A stretch of 38,244 nt of DNA from a virus. Lineage: Duplodnaviria > Caudoviricetes. The notes under the pieces were generated by a model, which was not told where the DNA came from, ran no database searches, and was given only the letters and a program-made list of their open reading frames with translations. A program made the translations under genes and the position numbers. This document shows, piece by piece, positions 1 to 7,481 of the stretch. Position 1 is the stretch's first letter; each line of letters starts with the position of its first letter. The stretch lies in the IMG/VR virus record IMGVR_UViG_3300017754_000607, positions 1 to 38,244 of that record; one strand, written 5' to 3'.

Positions 1-307
1 CCAGTGCTTTTTCAGCAACCTCAACACAGCCAGCTAAGATTACCCACAAAGTTCCTTCTGCGGCGCCAACTGGTTTGGGCAAATCTTCATGCTCTATATC
101 GGCAATCTTCCGCAGCGCCGCCTCCAGCTTCTCGATGCGGCTGGCTGTGACGGATAACGCGCCATGCTTTCCAAGGATGCCCTCATCGAAGGCCAGACTG
201 TATAATTCAGCCAGCAGCTCTTTTTTGTCTTCTCGCAGTTGTCGGTTTTCTTCTTTCAACCGCGTTATTTCTGAAATGGCATTGTAACTCGCGCCTTGGT
301 CAGTCAT
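1..307 (-). CDS. Hypothetical phage protein, RIEKLEAALR cassette family (runs off the window edge)
   Basis: Read manually: ATG at 307 overlapping the end of 300..578, then MTDQGASYNAISEITRLKEENRQ...SRIEKLEAALRKIAD...EKAL, open to position 1. Confidence 0.75.
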   Translation of the reverse strand, partial: MTDQGASYNAISEITRLKEENRQLREDKKELLAELYSLAFDEGILGKHGALSVTASRIEKLEAALRKIADIEHEDLPKPVGAAEGTLWVILAGCVEVAEKAL

Positions 308-408
308 CTTTCCCCTCCAGTGCTTTGCGGGCGATTTCGCAGATGCGGGTGCTATCAAAAAAATTGTCGATGACATCCCGCAGCGCCGCTTCCAGCTTCT
401 CGATGCGG
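110..408. repeat. 31-bp direct repeat (110-140 and 378-408, 30/31 identical) encoding RIEKLEAALR in adjacent genes
   Basis: ccgcagcgccgc[c/t]tccagcttctcgatgcgg occurs twice; ccagtgcttt (KAL) also recurs at 1 and 317. Confidence 0.9.
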
Positions 409-578
409 TCAACATAACCGTCTCTGTCGAGACAAGCGCGGCTATTCAACCTGACATTTGCGACGAAGAGAACGCTGGCCTTCTCCTCCAATGTTTCGAT
501 CAGGTCAGCGGCCTCCTTACCGAGCGGGTTGCCTCGCGCATACTCGTGGCGAAGCTTGAGAATGATTTCATCAATCAT
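300..578 (-). CDS. Hypothetical phage protein, RIEKLEAALR...KALEGKDD family
   Basis: 92-aa ORF coupled to both neighbours; shares a motif with the downstream gene. Confidence 0.8.
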   Translation of the reverse strand: MIDEIILKLRHEYARGNPLGKEAADLIETLEEKASVLFVANVRLNSRACLDRDGYVDRIEKLEAALRDVIDNFFDSTRICEIARKALEGKDD

Positions 579-1767
579 CTAGGGTCTCCATCAGGGCTTT
601 GACGACTTCCGCCGCGAGGGGCGGGACGATGGCGTTGCCGTAGGCGCGCAGCTTTCCCACTCTTCCGGGAACCCCATGAGCCAGCAGACGAACGCCGGGT
701 TTAAGGCGCCGAGCTTTTGCGTCTGACCCAGTGAGCCAGACGGCGTCGGACCAGAACGAGCCAGCTCCGGCAGGGTCCACCCCGCCTTGTGAGCCGCCTC
801 CGGCGCACGGTTGCCCGTCTTGCCGTTCCCGTTCTTGTGGTCCGAGGCCCTTGGCGTCGGCCATGTCCCCGCATACAGATGCACGGCTATGTCCGCAGTG
901 CTGATCTGCGGGTCGGTCGCCTTCCTGCCTTCCATCACTGGTGGGCGCGACTTGGCCTCCACGACTGTGCTGTTGGGGGTTGGCCACGTCGAGACGATCT
1001 TTACGACGCCCGGCAGGCTGACGGTGATCTTCGTGCCGTTCTCCCGCTTGCCCGTCGCGCTGGCCGTCCCCATCCCGTGGCCGCCGTCCCCGTCCGCTTT
1101 GGTGGGCGTCGGCCATGTGGCTAGCACTTCGTGCGTCAGACCCACTTGCGCCACCCTGCCCGTGTGTCTGTCGTAAGCTCTCTGGCCCGGTGTCCAAGGC
1201 TGACCGCCCGCCGTCTCCAGACGCTCCAGCGTCACCCCCGGTTCTGTGGTGGCTGGCGTTCTCCAAGTCTGTAGCGACCCAATAGAGCCGCTGGCGAATG
1301 TGCGGGGCGCCGACCGCGAGAGCCGGAATATCGACCGCCCTCCCGGCGTAGCCAGTTCCTTCCAGATCAGCTCGAACTCCATCGAACCATGCGTACCCAG
1401 CCTTGCCAGCAACTTGCTCTCCCATGACGACAGGGGGTCGGCATGCCTGAATGAGGCGGTGGAAGTGGGGCCAGAGGTGACGGGCATCGTCAATTCCGGC
1501 GCCTTTGCCTGCGACCGAGAACGGCTGGCACGGGCACGATCCTGTCCAAAGAGGACGATCAGGCGCCCATCCCGCGAGACGTAGTGCTTGGCTCCAGCCC
1601 CCGATCCCGGCGAAGAAATGACACTGGTCGAATCCTGAAAGGTCGGCAGGTCGAAGATCGACAATTGATTTGGTGGAGACTTCGCCATCGGGGATCAGTC
1701 CTGCTTTGATCAGGTTGCGCAGCCACGCCGCAGCGTAGGGGTCGATCTCGTTATAGAAGGAGGGCAT
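571..1767 (-). CDS. DNA (cytosine-5)-methyltransferase, large (alpha) subunit
   Basis: FFAGIGG (motif I), GSCPCQPFS (IV), GEQV (VI), PHIRQRLY (VIII) and YGNAIVP (X); no motif IX in this frame. Start at 1767 overlaps the upstream TGA. Confidence 0.92.
   Translation of the reverse strand: MPSFYNEIDPYAAAWLRNLIKAGLIPDGEVSTKSIVDLRPADLSGFDQCHFFAGIGGWSQALRLAGWAPDRPLWTGSCPCQPFSVAGKGAGIDDARHLWPHFHRLIQACRPPVVMGEQVAGKAGYAWFDGVRADLEGTGYAGRAVDIPALAVGAPHIRQRLYWVATDLENASHHRTGGDAGASGDGGRSALDTGPESLRQTHGQGGASGSDARSASHMADAHQSGRGRRPRDGDGQRDGQAGERHEDHRQPAGRRKDRLDVANPQQHSRGGQVAPTSDGRQEGDRPADQHCGHSRASVCGDMADAKGLGPQERERQDGQPCAGGGSQGGVDPAGAGSFWSDAVWLTGSDAKARRLKPGVRLLAHGVPGRVGKLRAYGNAIVPPLAAEVVKALMETLDD
591..1688 (-). 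CDS. Overprinted alternate-frame protein: probable methyltransferase small (beta) subunit with motif IX and four tandem W[PR]TP modules
   Basis: 365 stop-free codons nested in the MTase on the same strand; contains LNPAFVCWLMGFPEEW (motif IX-like) and TWRTP/TWPTP x4. True start uncertain. Confidence 0.75.
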   Translation of the reverse strand: MAKSPPNQLSIFDLPTFQDSTSVISSPGSGAGAKHYVSRDGRLIVLFGQDRARASRSRSQAKAPELTMPVTSGPTSTASFRHADPLSSWESKLLARLGTHGSMEFELIWKELATPGGRSIFRLSRSAPRTFASGSIGSLQTWRTPATTEPGVTLERLETAGGQPWTPGQRAYDRHTGRVAQVGLTHEVLATWPTPTKADGDGGHGMGTASATGKRENGTKITVSLPGVVKIVSTWPTPNSTVVEAKSRPPVMEGRKATDPQISTADIAVHLYAGTWPTPRASDHKNGNGKTGNRAPEAAHKAGWTLPELARSGPTPSGSLGQTQKLGALNPAFVCWLMGFPEEWESCAPTATPSSRPSRRKSSKP

Positions 1768-2081
1768 CAGGCGCCCTCCGGCGGGTCGGGAAGAGGCATC
1801 CAAGCCTCCATCCAACGCTTCTTAATGTGCGGTGGCGCGTAGGCGTCTATCCACCACTCGCTGCGCTCCAGATCGTAACGGGCGATCTCCATGTTACCCG
1901 CGCCCATGTAGGCCAGAAACAGCGTTCCATCTTCAGGCGCCGTATCAATCGGGCGCCACGGGCTGGGGGCGTTGAATGCCTCGTAGCGGCGGACATCATC
2001 CACCATCTTGTGAAGGGCGGCGGAGACTTCCGCCTCCACCTCCTCGCTGATGTCAGCAGGGTTCACCTCACGCGGCGTCAT
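1767..2081 (-). CDS. DUF551-like phage protein
   Basis: WRPIDTAPEDG...WMPLPDPP signature. Confidence 0.75.
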   Translation of the reverse strand: MTPREVNPADISEEVEAEVSAALHKMVDDVRRYEAFNAPSPWRPIDTAPEDGTLFLAYMGAGNMEIARYDLERSEWWIDAYAPPHIKKRWMEAWMPLPDPPEGA

Positions 2082-2556
2082 CGGCCACCTCCGGCGGATC
2101 GGGGAGATGCATCCAATGGGTCGGAGCCGTGTCCTCTGACCAGCTCCATCCCGGCGTCATTTCTTCGTCGCCCCGCCAGAAATTGTATGTCTCCCAGTGG
2201 CCGGGCTCGACAGTCCACTCACCATTCCCGTCCTTACCGGCCAAGATGATGAGGGTGTTATCCTTCGGCGCCGTGCTGATCGGTTGCCAGCACATCATGA
2301 AATATTTTCTCTGCTTCTTCGCAGGCTCTTTCACGGGCTTGGCCGCCAGCGCCAAACCGAACCCGGCGAGGATCTTTTCAAGTTCCTTAAGGCTCTTGGC
2401 GGCAAAGTTCGGAACGCGCAGCCACTCAGCCTCGGTCCATTTCACAATGTCGCCAAGGGTCTCCATGCCTTCATTGTTGACGCAGTTCGAGATCCGCGTG
2501 TGCAGGAAGGTGTCGGGGAGCTTGATGTCTTTGAAGCGAATATCCAAGGGGTTCAT
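2068..2556 (-). CDS. RNA polymerase alpha-subunit C-terminal-like domain fused to a DUF551-like domain
   Basis: N-term TRISNCV...ETLGDIV...LRVPNFAAKSLKELEKILAGFGLAL matches the alpha-CTD pattern (R..N.L, PN.G.KSL.E); C-term WQPISTAPKD...PTHWMHLPDPP. Confidence 0.8.
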   Translation of the reverse strand: MNPLDIRFKDIKLPDTFLHTRISNCVNNEGMETLGDIVKWTEAEWLRVPNFAAKSLKELEKILAGFGLALAAKPVKEPAKKQRKYFMMCWQPISTAPKDNTLIILAGKDGNGEWTVEPGHWETYNFWRGDEEMTPGWSWSEDTAPTHWMHLPDPPEVADDAA

Positions 2557-2804
2557 TGTGCCTCTCCCTCGGTCACCTTCGCAGCCTCGGCGGCGAACTG
2601 CTTGAGATGCTCATCGACGGCCTTGAAGATGTGCTTCAAGTTCTGCTCCCAGTTGGGCTGAGTGCTGGTGTTGAACATTGCCTCCGCCAAGATGAAGGCG
2701 AGACTGTTCATAATGACCGGGCCGCCCTTATCCTTCAGGATGATGCGGACGCGGGACACTACTTTTTCGCATTCGCGCGCGAGACGCTCGTTATCAAAGT
2801 CCAT
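2553..2804 (-). CDS. Hypothetical protein
   Basis: 83-aa ORF, AGGGG RBS, ATGA overlap with the next gene. Confidence 0.75.
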   Translation of the reverse strand: MDFDNERLARECEKVVSRVRIILKDKGGPVIMNSLAFILAEAMFNTSTQPNWEQNLKHIFKAVDEHLKQFAAEAAKVTEGEAQ

Positions 2805-2816
2805 GAACTTTCCCCT

Positions 2817-4949
2817 CTAGTCGATTGATCCGATTACCTTAAGGCCTTGCATCTTGGTGTTCTTGTCCACGACCTCATAGGACAAGATCTGGTTGGACAA
2901 CCATGTGTCCACCATCATCTCGATCAGCTTTTCGGGCTGGTCGAATTGCTGACCCAGCACCGAGGCGGCATACCGCCCCTGCTTGCGGGTCTGGGAATAG
3001 CTTGAGAGCGGGCGCCCCGAGAACCATGCCACCCGGATCACGTTGAGCATGTCGCGGCAGACCTGTTTCTCAGGCCAGACGCTCTTGGGCGCCGACTTGG
3101 CGTCTGCCTGCGCGGCGTAGAGGCTGGTCTCGCCGGTGATGTCGTTGACGACGACCTTCTTCAGTTCGAAGGGCTGCTTCCACCCATCCTCCGCAGACTT
3201 GATCTTGCGGGCGTGGATCTCGCCGACCATCTCGCCCTCTTCGCGCTCGATGCCGAGCAGGAAGTCACCAGCGCCGTCGAAGACGGTCGAGCCACGAAGG
3301 TTGCCCGCCCGGCTTGTGTGGTGGACGCCGACGACCGTGGCGCCAAAGGTCGTGCGGACGGCGTCGCAGGCGCCAATGAAGAGGGTCATGTCCTTCTGCA
3401 AGTTCTCGTCGGCGCCGGGAAGGACGCGGCTGACCGTGTCCACGAAGACGACGACGGGGAACTCGCCAGCCAGCTTGCCCGCCTTCGCTACCGTCCTCAA
3501 GAGGCGCTCTACGTCAGCCTGCGCCATGAAATTGATGTTCTGCCGGATCAGGTAGAAGGGCAGATCTTCTGCCATGACGCCTGTCTCCTTCTCCCATGCG
3601 TCGATGCGCAGGCCGATGTCCCCGACGCCCTCGGACGAGATGTAGACGATGGGGCCGGTCTTCTTGATCGCTCGCCCGAACCATTCGGGGCGCTGGGCGG
3701 CAATGGAAAGACCCATGCCGATGGTAATGAAGCTCTTGCCGCATCCGGGAGGGCCGTAGACGAAGCCGAGGCCCATCTCGATCATCAGCTTCTCGATCAG
3801 ATACTTGGGCTTGGGCAGGGCGCGGATGCCCTTGATGTCGAGCAGCTCATACTCGTCCTCGACTGTCGGCTTCACGACATCAATGAACAGCTCCCCGGTT
3901 TCCTCGTCCACCTTGTAGAACTTGACGGGCTGCGGCTCATCGACCTGATCGAAAGGGCGGCTGGGGCGCTCCGCCTTCGCATGCTCCGCCACCTTCCCAT
4001 CCCACTGGTCGATGGCGTTGGACCACTTGTGGGCGAACATCGAAATCCCGCGACCCTCGCGCTCCAGAAGGTCTGCGTTCGAGACGCCGGGCGTTGGCTG
4101 GATGCGGCTCTTCACCTTGCGCTCATAGGTGGCGAAGCTTTCGAGCATGTGCTTCTCGGACAAAGCCCCCAGATCTCCGGGGCATTCTCTCTTCAGATCC
4201 ACGACCGCAGCCCAGACCAACTTGGTCATGTAGTCCTCGCGGCCATCGACAATATTTCCAAAGTTATCCACAGCTTTATTTGGTGATGCAGTTTTTTCGC
4301 CTGTTACACGGTTCCCACCAGATCCGCCATGTTCGATGGCAAGCTGGGTGATTTGATCGCAGAACCATTGCGGCGCCGGGGCGATGTCCATCTCCCACGG
4401 CTCGTGACCATCCTTCCAGCGGTATGACTTGCCGCTCTCGTGGGTGCTGGGGGGCATCATGGCGAAGCCTCCCTGCCCACGGATGTCCACCCCGATGCTG
4501 GTCTTGCACGTCGGAGGAACCCATCCCAGAGGGGCTCGGAAGAAGAGCTGGATGCCTCCGCCGCCGGTGGCCTGCTCGACCGTGTCCAGCTCACCGGCGG
4601 CCTGTTTCATGTGAAACATGTCGTCCCACCAAGCCTGCGCCCGGACATCCTTGTGCAGATCCAGATCGACGACGAAGATCCCGCCCGAGCAGGCGCCAGC
4701 GATCAGGCCCATGTTGTTGCGGCGGGCATGCTCCCCGTCCTCGCCATACCAACGCTCGAAGGTGAAGTCGGGGATGATCTCGTTCTCCAGCTCTCTCCAC
4801 TTCGGGAGGGCGGGGCGCTTCCACTGGCTCCGGTTTTCCTTGTGGCTCATGGCCGGGACGACTTGCATCCCGACCGAGCGATACATGCGAGCCCACTCTG
4901 TGGGGTCAGCGAAATCAGGGTCAAATGACATTGCGAGGCTCATATCCAT
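2817..4949 (-). CDS. Bifunctional primase-polymerase (Prim-Pol) fused to an AAA_25/RepA-like helicase
   Basis: Prim-Pol motifs NMGL, VVDLD, TGGGG and DIRGQGGFAMMPPSTH; Walker A GPPGCGKS, Walker B VVFVDT, and VHHTSR...RGST. Start could be 4949, 4943 or 4931. Confidence 0.9.
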   Translation of the reverse strand: MDMSLAMSFDPDFADPTEWARMYRSVGMQVVPAMSHKENRSQWKRPALPKWRELENEIIPDFTFERWYGEDGEHARRNNMGLIAGACSGGIFVVDLDLHKDVRAQAWWDDMFHMKQAAGELDTVEQATGGGGIQLFFRAPLGWVPPTCKTSIGVDIRGQGGFAMMPPSTHESGKSYRWKDGHEPWEMDIAPAPQWFCDQITQLAIEHGGSGGNRVTGEKTASPNKAVDNFGNIVDGREDYMTKLVWAAVVDLKRECPGDLGALSEKHMLESFATYERKVKSRIQPTPGVSNADLLEREGRGISMFAHKWSNAIDQWDGKVAEHAKAERPSRPFDQVDEPQPVKFYKVDEETGELFIDVVKPTVEDEYELLDIKGIRALPKPKYLIEKLMIEMGLGFVYGPPGCGKSFITIGMGLSIAAQRPEWFGRAIKKTGPIVYISSEGVGDIGLRIDAWEKETGVMAEDLPFYLIRQNINFMAQADVERLLRTVAKAGKLAGEFPVVVFVDTVSRVLPGADENLQKDMTLFIGACDAVRTTFGATVVGVHHTSRAGNLRGSTVFDGAGDFLLGIEREEGEMVGEIHARKIKSAEDGWKQPFELKKVVVNDITGETSLYAAQADAKSAPKSVWPEKQVCRDMLNVIRVAWFSGRPLSSYSQTRKQGRYAASVLGQQFDQPEKLIEMMVDTWLSNQILSYEVVDKNTKMQGLKVIGSID

Positions 4950-4956
4950 CTCGATT

Positions 4957-5427
4957 TCAACGTGTTGCAGCGAACCATGCCATGCAGGCCGCATCTGCGC
5001 GGCCATCGTGCTTCTTCAGGGCGAACAGGCCAGCGTAATTGGGAAACAGCTCCATCGCCCGCTGGCGAGATCCGTCCTTGCCGCCACGGACGCCCGCAGC
5101 CTTCTGCCACACCTGTGGGGTGACGATGCTGACGGTGATCTGGAACGCCGACAGGACGCCTTCAACGAGGCCGACGCTGCGCCCGAAGGAGAAGACCGAC
5201 GTGACCCCCTGACCCGGCATTGCCCCAACCCGTTCCAATACTGCGTGTTGCACGGGGCTGGAGAACGTGAAGATGTTGGCCAAGCCGTGGGGGCTGACCT
5301 CTTTCTTGGCCTTGCCGTTCCGCTGGATCTCAAGGACGGGCATGTCCACGACGGACAAGTGCCCCCTCTCAATGTCGAGGAAGGCGATGGCGCCATTCAG
5401 GCCGGGGTCGATGCCGATGAAAATCAC
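4957..5427 (-). CDS. RuvC-like Holliday junction resolvase
   Basis: IGIDPG, AVLE, FSFG, TPQVWQK and DGRADA motifs; GTG start at 5427 overlaps the upstream TGA. Confidence 0.85.
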   Translation of the reverse strand: MIFIGIDPGLNGAIAFLDIERGHLSVVDMPVLEIQRNGKAKKEVSPHGLANIFTFSSPVQHAVLERVGAMPGQGVTSVFSFGRSVGLVEGVLSAFQITVSIVTPQVWQKAAGVRGGKDGSRQRAMELFPNYAGLFALKKHDGRADAACMAWFAATR

Positions 5428-5624
5428 GCTGCGGTCCTTGCTGCCTCGTCGAGGGCGGTGAAGTGATCCCAATTGACCACGCCGCGCGTGGCCTCAATGA
5501 TCTGCGGGCGCCAGCGGTGGGGCACCATCTGCCGGTTCTTCCACTTCGTGCGGGCGTGGCGGCTGACGCCCAGCTTCTCCGCAGCGCGCAGGATCAAGTC
5601 CCACTCGTAGTCAGTCTTCATCAT
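5424..5624 (-). CDS. Cro-like helix-turn-helix protein
   Basis: AAEKLGVSRHARTKWK...VP...IIEATRG; near the start of the leftward early operon. Confidence 0.65.
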   Translation of the reverse strand: MMKTDYEWDLILRAAEKLGVSRHARTKWKNRQMVPHRWRPQIIEATRGVVNWDHFTALDEAARTAA

Positions 5625-5745
5625 CTTCCACCCTCACGAAAAAGTCGGCGAGAGCCTCAAAGAGGCCCACGACACCGACGACCAGCATGGTGGCTCCAAC
5701 AAGCATAGCCACCCAGATCAGCATACCTGCGATGATGTCGCTCAC
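5611..5745 (-). CDS. Small single-pass membrane protein (44 aa)
   Basis: Read manually: GGAGG RBS, GTG start, MSDIIAGMLIWVAMLVGATMLVVGVVGLFEALADFFVRVEDDED*. Confidence 0.65.
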   Translation of the reverse strand: MSDIIAGMLIWVAMLVGATMLVVGVVGLFEALADFFVRVEDDED

Positions 5746-5757
5746 GGCCCCCTCCAA

Positions 5758-5879
5758 CTGATTTGCGGAAATTGAGACATTTTGTCTTTGAAGTCAACTA
5801 GGGGAAAAGACAAATTGTCCGTTGACACCGTTTCGCAAATCAGCCTACCCTTGCAAACAGTCGAAATTGAAAGTGACAC
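5758..5879. promoter_or_regulatory. Divergent early promoter region with two GACA-N3-TGTC operators
   Basis: AT-rich gap between divergent operons. TTGACA at 5822 (+) and TTGACT near 5792-5797 (-); palindromes at 5776-5786 and 5809-5819; outer inverted repeat CTGATTTGCG 5758-5767 / CGCAAATCAG 5834-5843. Confidence 0.75.
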
Positions 5880-6632
5880 ATGAAAAATCCCTTCGAGGTC
5901 CATGACCTCCAGCATCTCTCCCCGTCCGCATGCAATCTCTTCACGAACAGCCCAGCGATGTTCGTGCTTGAGAAGTGCATGAAGAAGCGCAGCCCTGTTG
6001 GCGCCGCAGCCTATCGCGGCACCGCCGTCGAGGCCGGGATCGTCGAGGGCCTGATAAACGGTTCTGACGACGCCACTTGCGTGGCGCTGGCGCAAACTGA
6101 GTTTGACAAGCTCACCGCGCTTTCAGGCGACAGCCGCCGCGAGAAGGAGGCTGGCGCCATTGGCGACATGGTCAAGATGGGCCTGTCCGAGCTGCGCCCC
6201 TACGGGCCTCCCACCTCGACGCAGGGCAAGATCGAATATCGCATTGAGGGCCTGATGGTCCCGATGATCGGGTTCTATGACTTGGAGTGGGCCAATCATG
6301 GTATTCTCACTGACATTAAAACCACTCATGCGCTCCCGTCGAAAATATCCACCAGCCACGCCCGGCAAGTTGCTCTCTATGTCGCTGCACGGGGCAACAA
6401 TCTCGATGCGCGTCTCACCTACGTCACCTCCAAAAAAGTGGCGACTTACCATCTGGAGAACGTGGCGCAGCATGTGCTGGCTCTGGAAAAGATCGCGCTG
6501 ACGATCCAGCGTTTCCTGTCGATCTCGAACGATCCCGCCGAACTGGCGGCCATCGTCGTGCCGGAGGTGGATAGCTTCTATTTCGCAGACCCGATGGCCC
6601 GCAAGGCCGCGTTCGACGTGTGGGGTCTGTGA
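5880..6632 (+). CDS. PD-(D/E)XK family exonuclease
   Basis: HLSPS N-term, RGTAVE, IGFYDL...TDIKTT and HARQVALY motifs. Confidence 0.85.
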   Translation: MKNPFEVHDLQHLSPSACNLFTNSPAMFVLEKCMKKRSPVGAAAYRGTAVEAGIVEGLINGSDDATCVALAQTEFDKLTALSGDSRREKEAGAIGDMVKMGLSELRPYGPPTSTQGKIEYRIEGLMVPMIGFYDLEWANHGILTDIKTTHALPSKISTSHARQVALYVAARGNNLDARLTYVTSKKVATYHLENVAQHVLALEKIALTIQRFLSISNDPAELAAIVVPEVDSFYFADPMARKAAFDVWGL

Positions 6633-6636
6633 TCAA

Positions 6637-6704
6637 GCAGGGGTAGGTTAACGCAAACTGCCGGTTCGCCGGTGATGCGGGTGCAAGTCCCGCCCCCAGC
6701 GTCA
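6637..6704 (+). ncRNA. tRNA-like RNA lacking an anticodon loop
   Basis: Acceptor GCAGGGG/CCCCAGC, U8-A9, D-arm GGTT-AACGCA-AACT, CCGG-TTCG-CCGG arm, T-arm GCGGG-TGCAAGT-CCCGC, then G-TCA. Confidence 0.65.
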
Positions 6705-6768
6705 AGTTCAGCCCATGTGGGCGAAGGCAAGAGGCCAGCCATATGGCCTCATCATGGAGTATGGAAAA

Positions 6769-7437
6769 ATGGCACTTGGTTTCTCTTATGGCGGCACCGG
6801 CGGTGGCGCAGACTTTCTTCCCATCGTGAAGTTCGACGCCCGTGCGGGTCGCTTCTTCCGCGTGGATCGTGAGGATGGCGTTTCTACGCCTCACGACATC
6901 ACCCGTAATTTTAAGGCGGTCTTCGACTTCGAAAACCTCGAAGTGGGTTGGATCTCTTTCAATGCGGGATCGGCGCCCGACTTCCAGATGGTTCCCTTCG
7001 GGACTGAGCGCGGCCCCAAGCCTTCCGACAACCACAAGGGCGGCATCCGCATGTCGGTGAAGCTGTCTGGCGAGTGCGGCGGTGACTGCCGCGAACTTGC
7101 TGGCACCTCTGGCGCCATGATGAAGGGCATCGACCTCTTGCACGACGAATACCTTGCAGGCGCCGCCGCCAACCCCGGCAAGCTGCCTGTTGTTGTGCTT
7201 GACGACACTATCCCCATCGAGAGCGGTTCGGGGGCGAAGAAGTCCACGAACTATCAGCCTGTCTTCAAGATCGCTGGATGGGTAAAGCGTCCCAGCGGCC
7301 TGAACGACAGCGCACCGCAGGCTGACAAGTTCATTCAGCCTTCGATGTCGGCGCCCAAGGCTCCGCCGTCCACCGGCTCGACCCGCGCCGCGCCTCCCAA
7401 GGCCGCGCCTCCTGCCGATGAAGAGGATTTCGGCTAA
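6769..7437 (+). CDS. Probable single-stranded DNA-binding protein
   Basis: Beta-rich core, Pro/Ala linker and acidic tail DEEDFG; follows the exonuclease. Start set at ATG 6769. Confidence 0.6.
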   Translation: MALGFSYGGTGGGADFLPIVKFDARAGRFFRVDREDGVSTPHDITRNFKAVFDFENLEVGWISFNAGSAPDFQMVPFGTERGPKPSDNHKGGIRMSVKLSGECGGDCRELAGTSGAMMKGIDLLHDEYLAGAAANPGKLPVVVLDDTIPIESGSGAKKSTNYQPVFKIAGWVKRPSGLNDSAPQADKFIQPSMSAPKAPPSTGSTRAAPPKAAPPADEEDFG

Positions 7438-7444
7438 TAACACC

Positions 7445-7466
7445 GGGGCGGGCTCAGGCTCGCCCC
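7445..7466 (+). terminator. GC-rich stem-loop after the SSB-like gene
   Basis: GGGGCGGGC-TCAG-GCTCGCCCC; no U-tract, so possibly a stability or processing hairpin. Confidence 0.45.
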
Positions 7467-7481
7467 ACCACCAACTGGAGA

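Noticed and set aside
852-1268. CRISPR-like or DGR repeat array
   Set aside because: The repeats are short, degenerate and in-frame protein motifs; no cas or reverse transcriptase gene is in the window.
3213-4286. 357-aa plus-strand ORF
   Set aside because: Antisense shadow of the primase-helicase, expected from GC-rich codon bias; no motifs.
4618-5466. 282-aa plus-strand ORF
   Set aside because: Antisense to the primase and resolvase genes, with no recognisable motifs.
5880-6632. cas4 / CRISPR association
   Set aside because: No Fe-S cysteine cluster pattern and no array; an ordinary phage PD-(D/E)XK nuclease.
6637-6704. Canonical tRNA gene
   Set aside because: It has a 4-nt loop instead of a 7-nt anticodon loop and no encoded CCA; kept as a tRNA-like ncRNA.
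6424-7443. 339-aa minus-strand ORF
   Set aside because: Antisense shadow of the nuclease and SSB-like genes.
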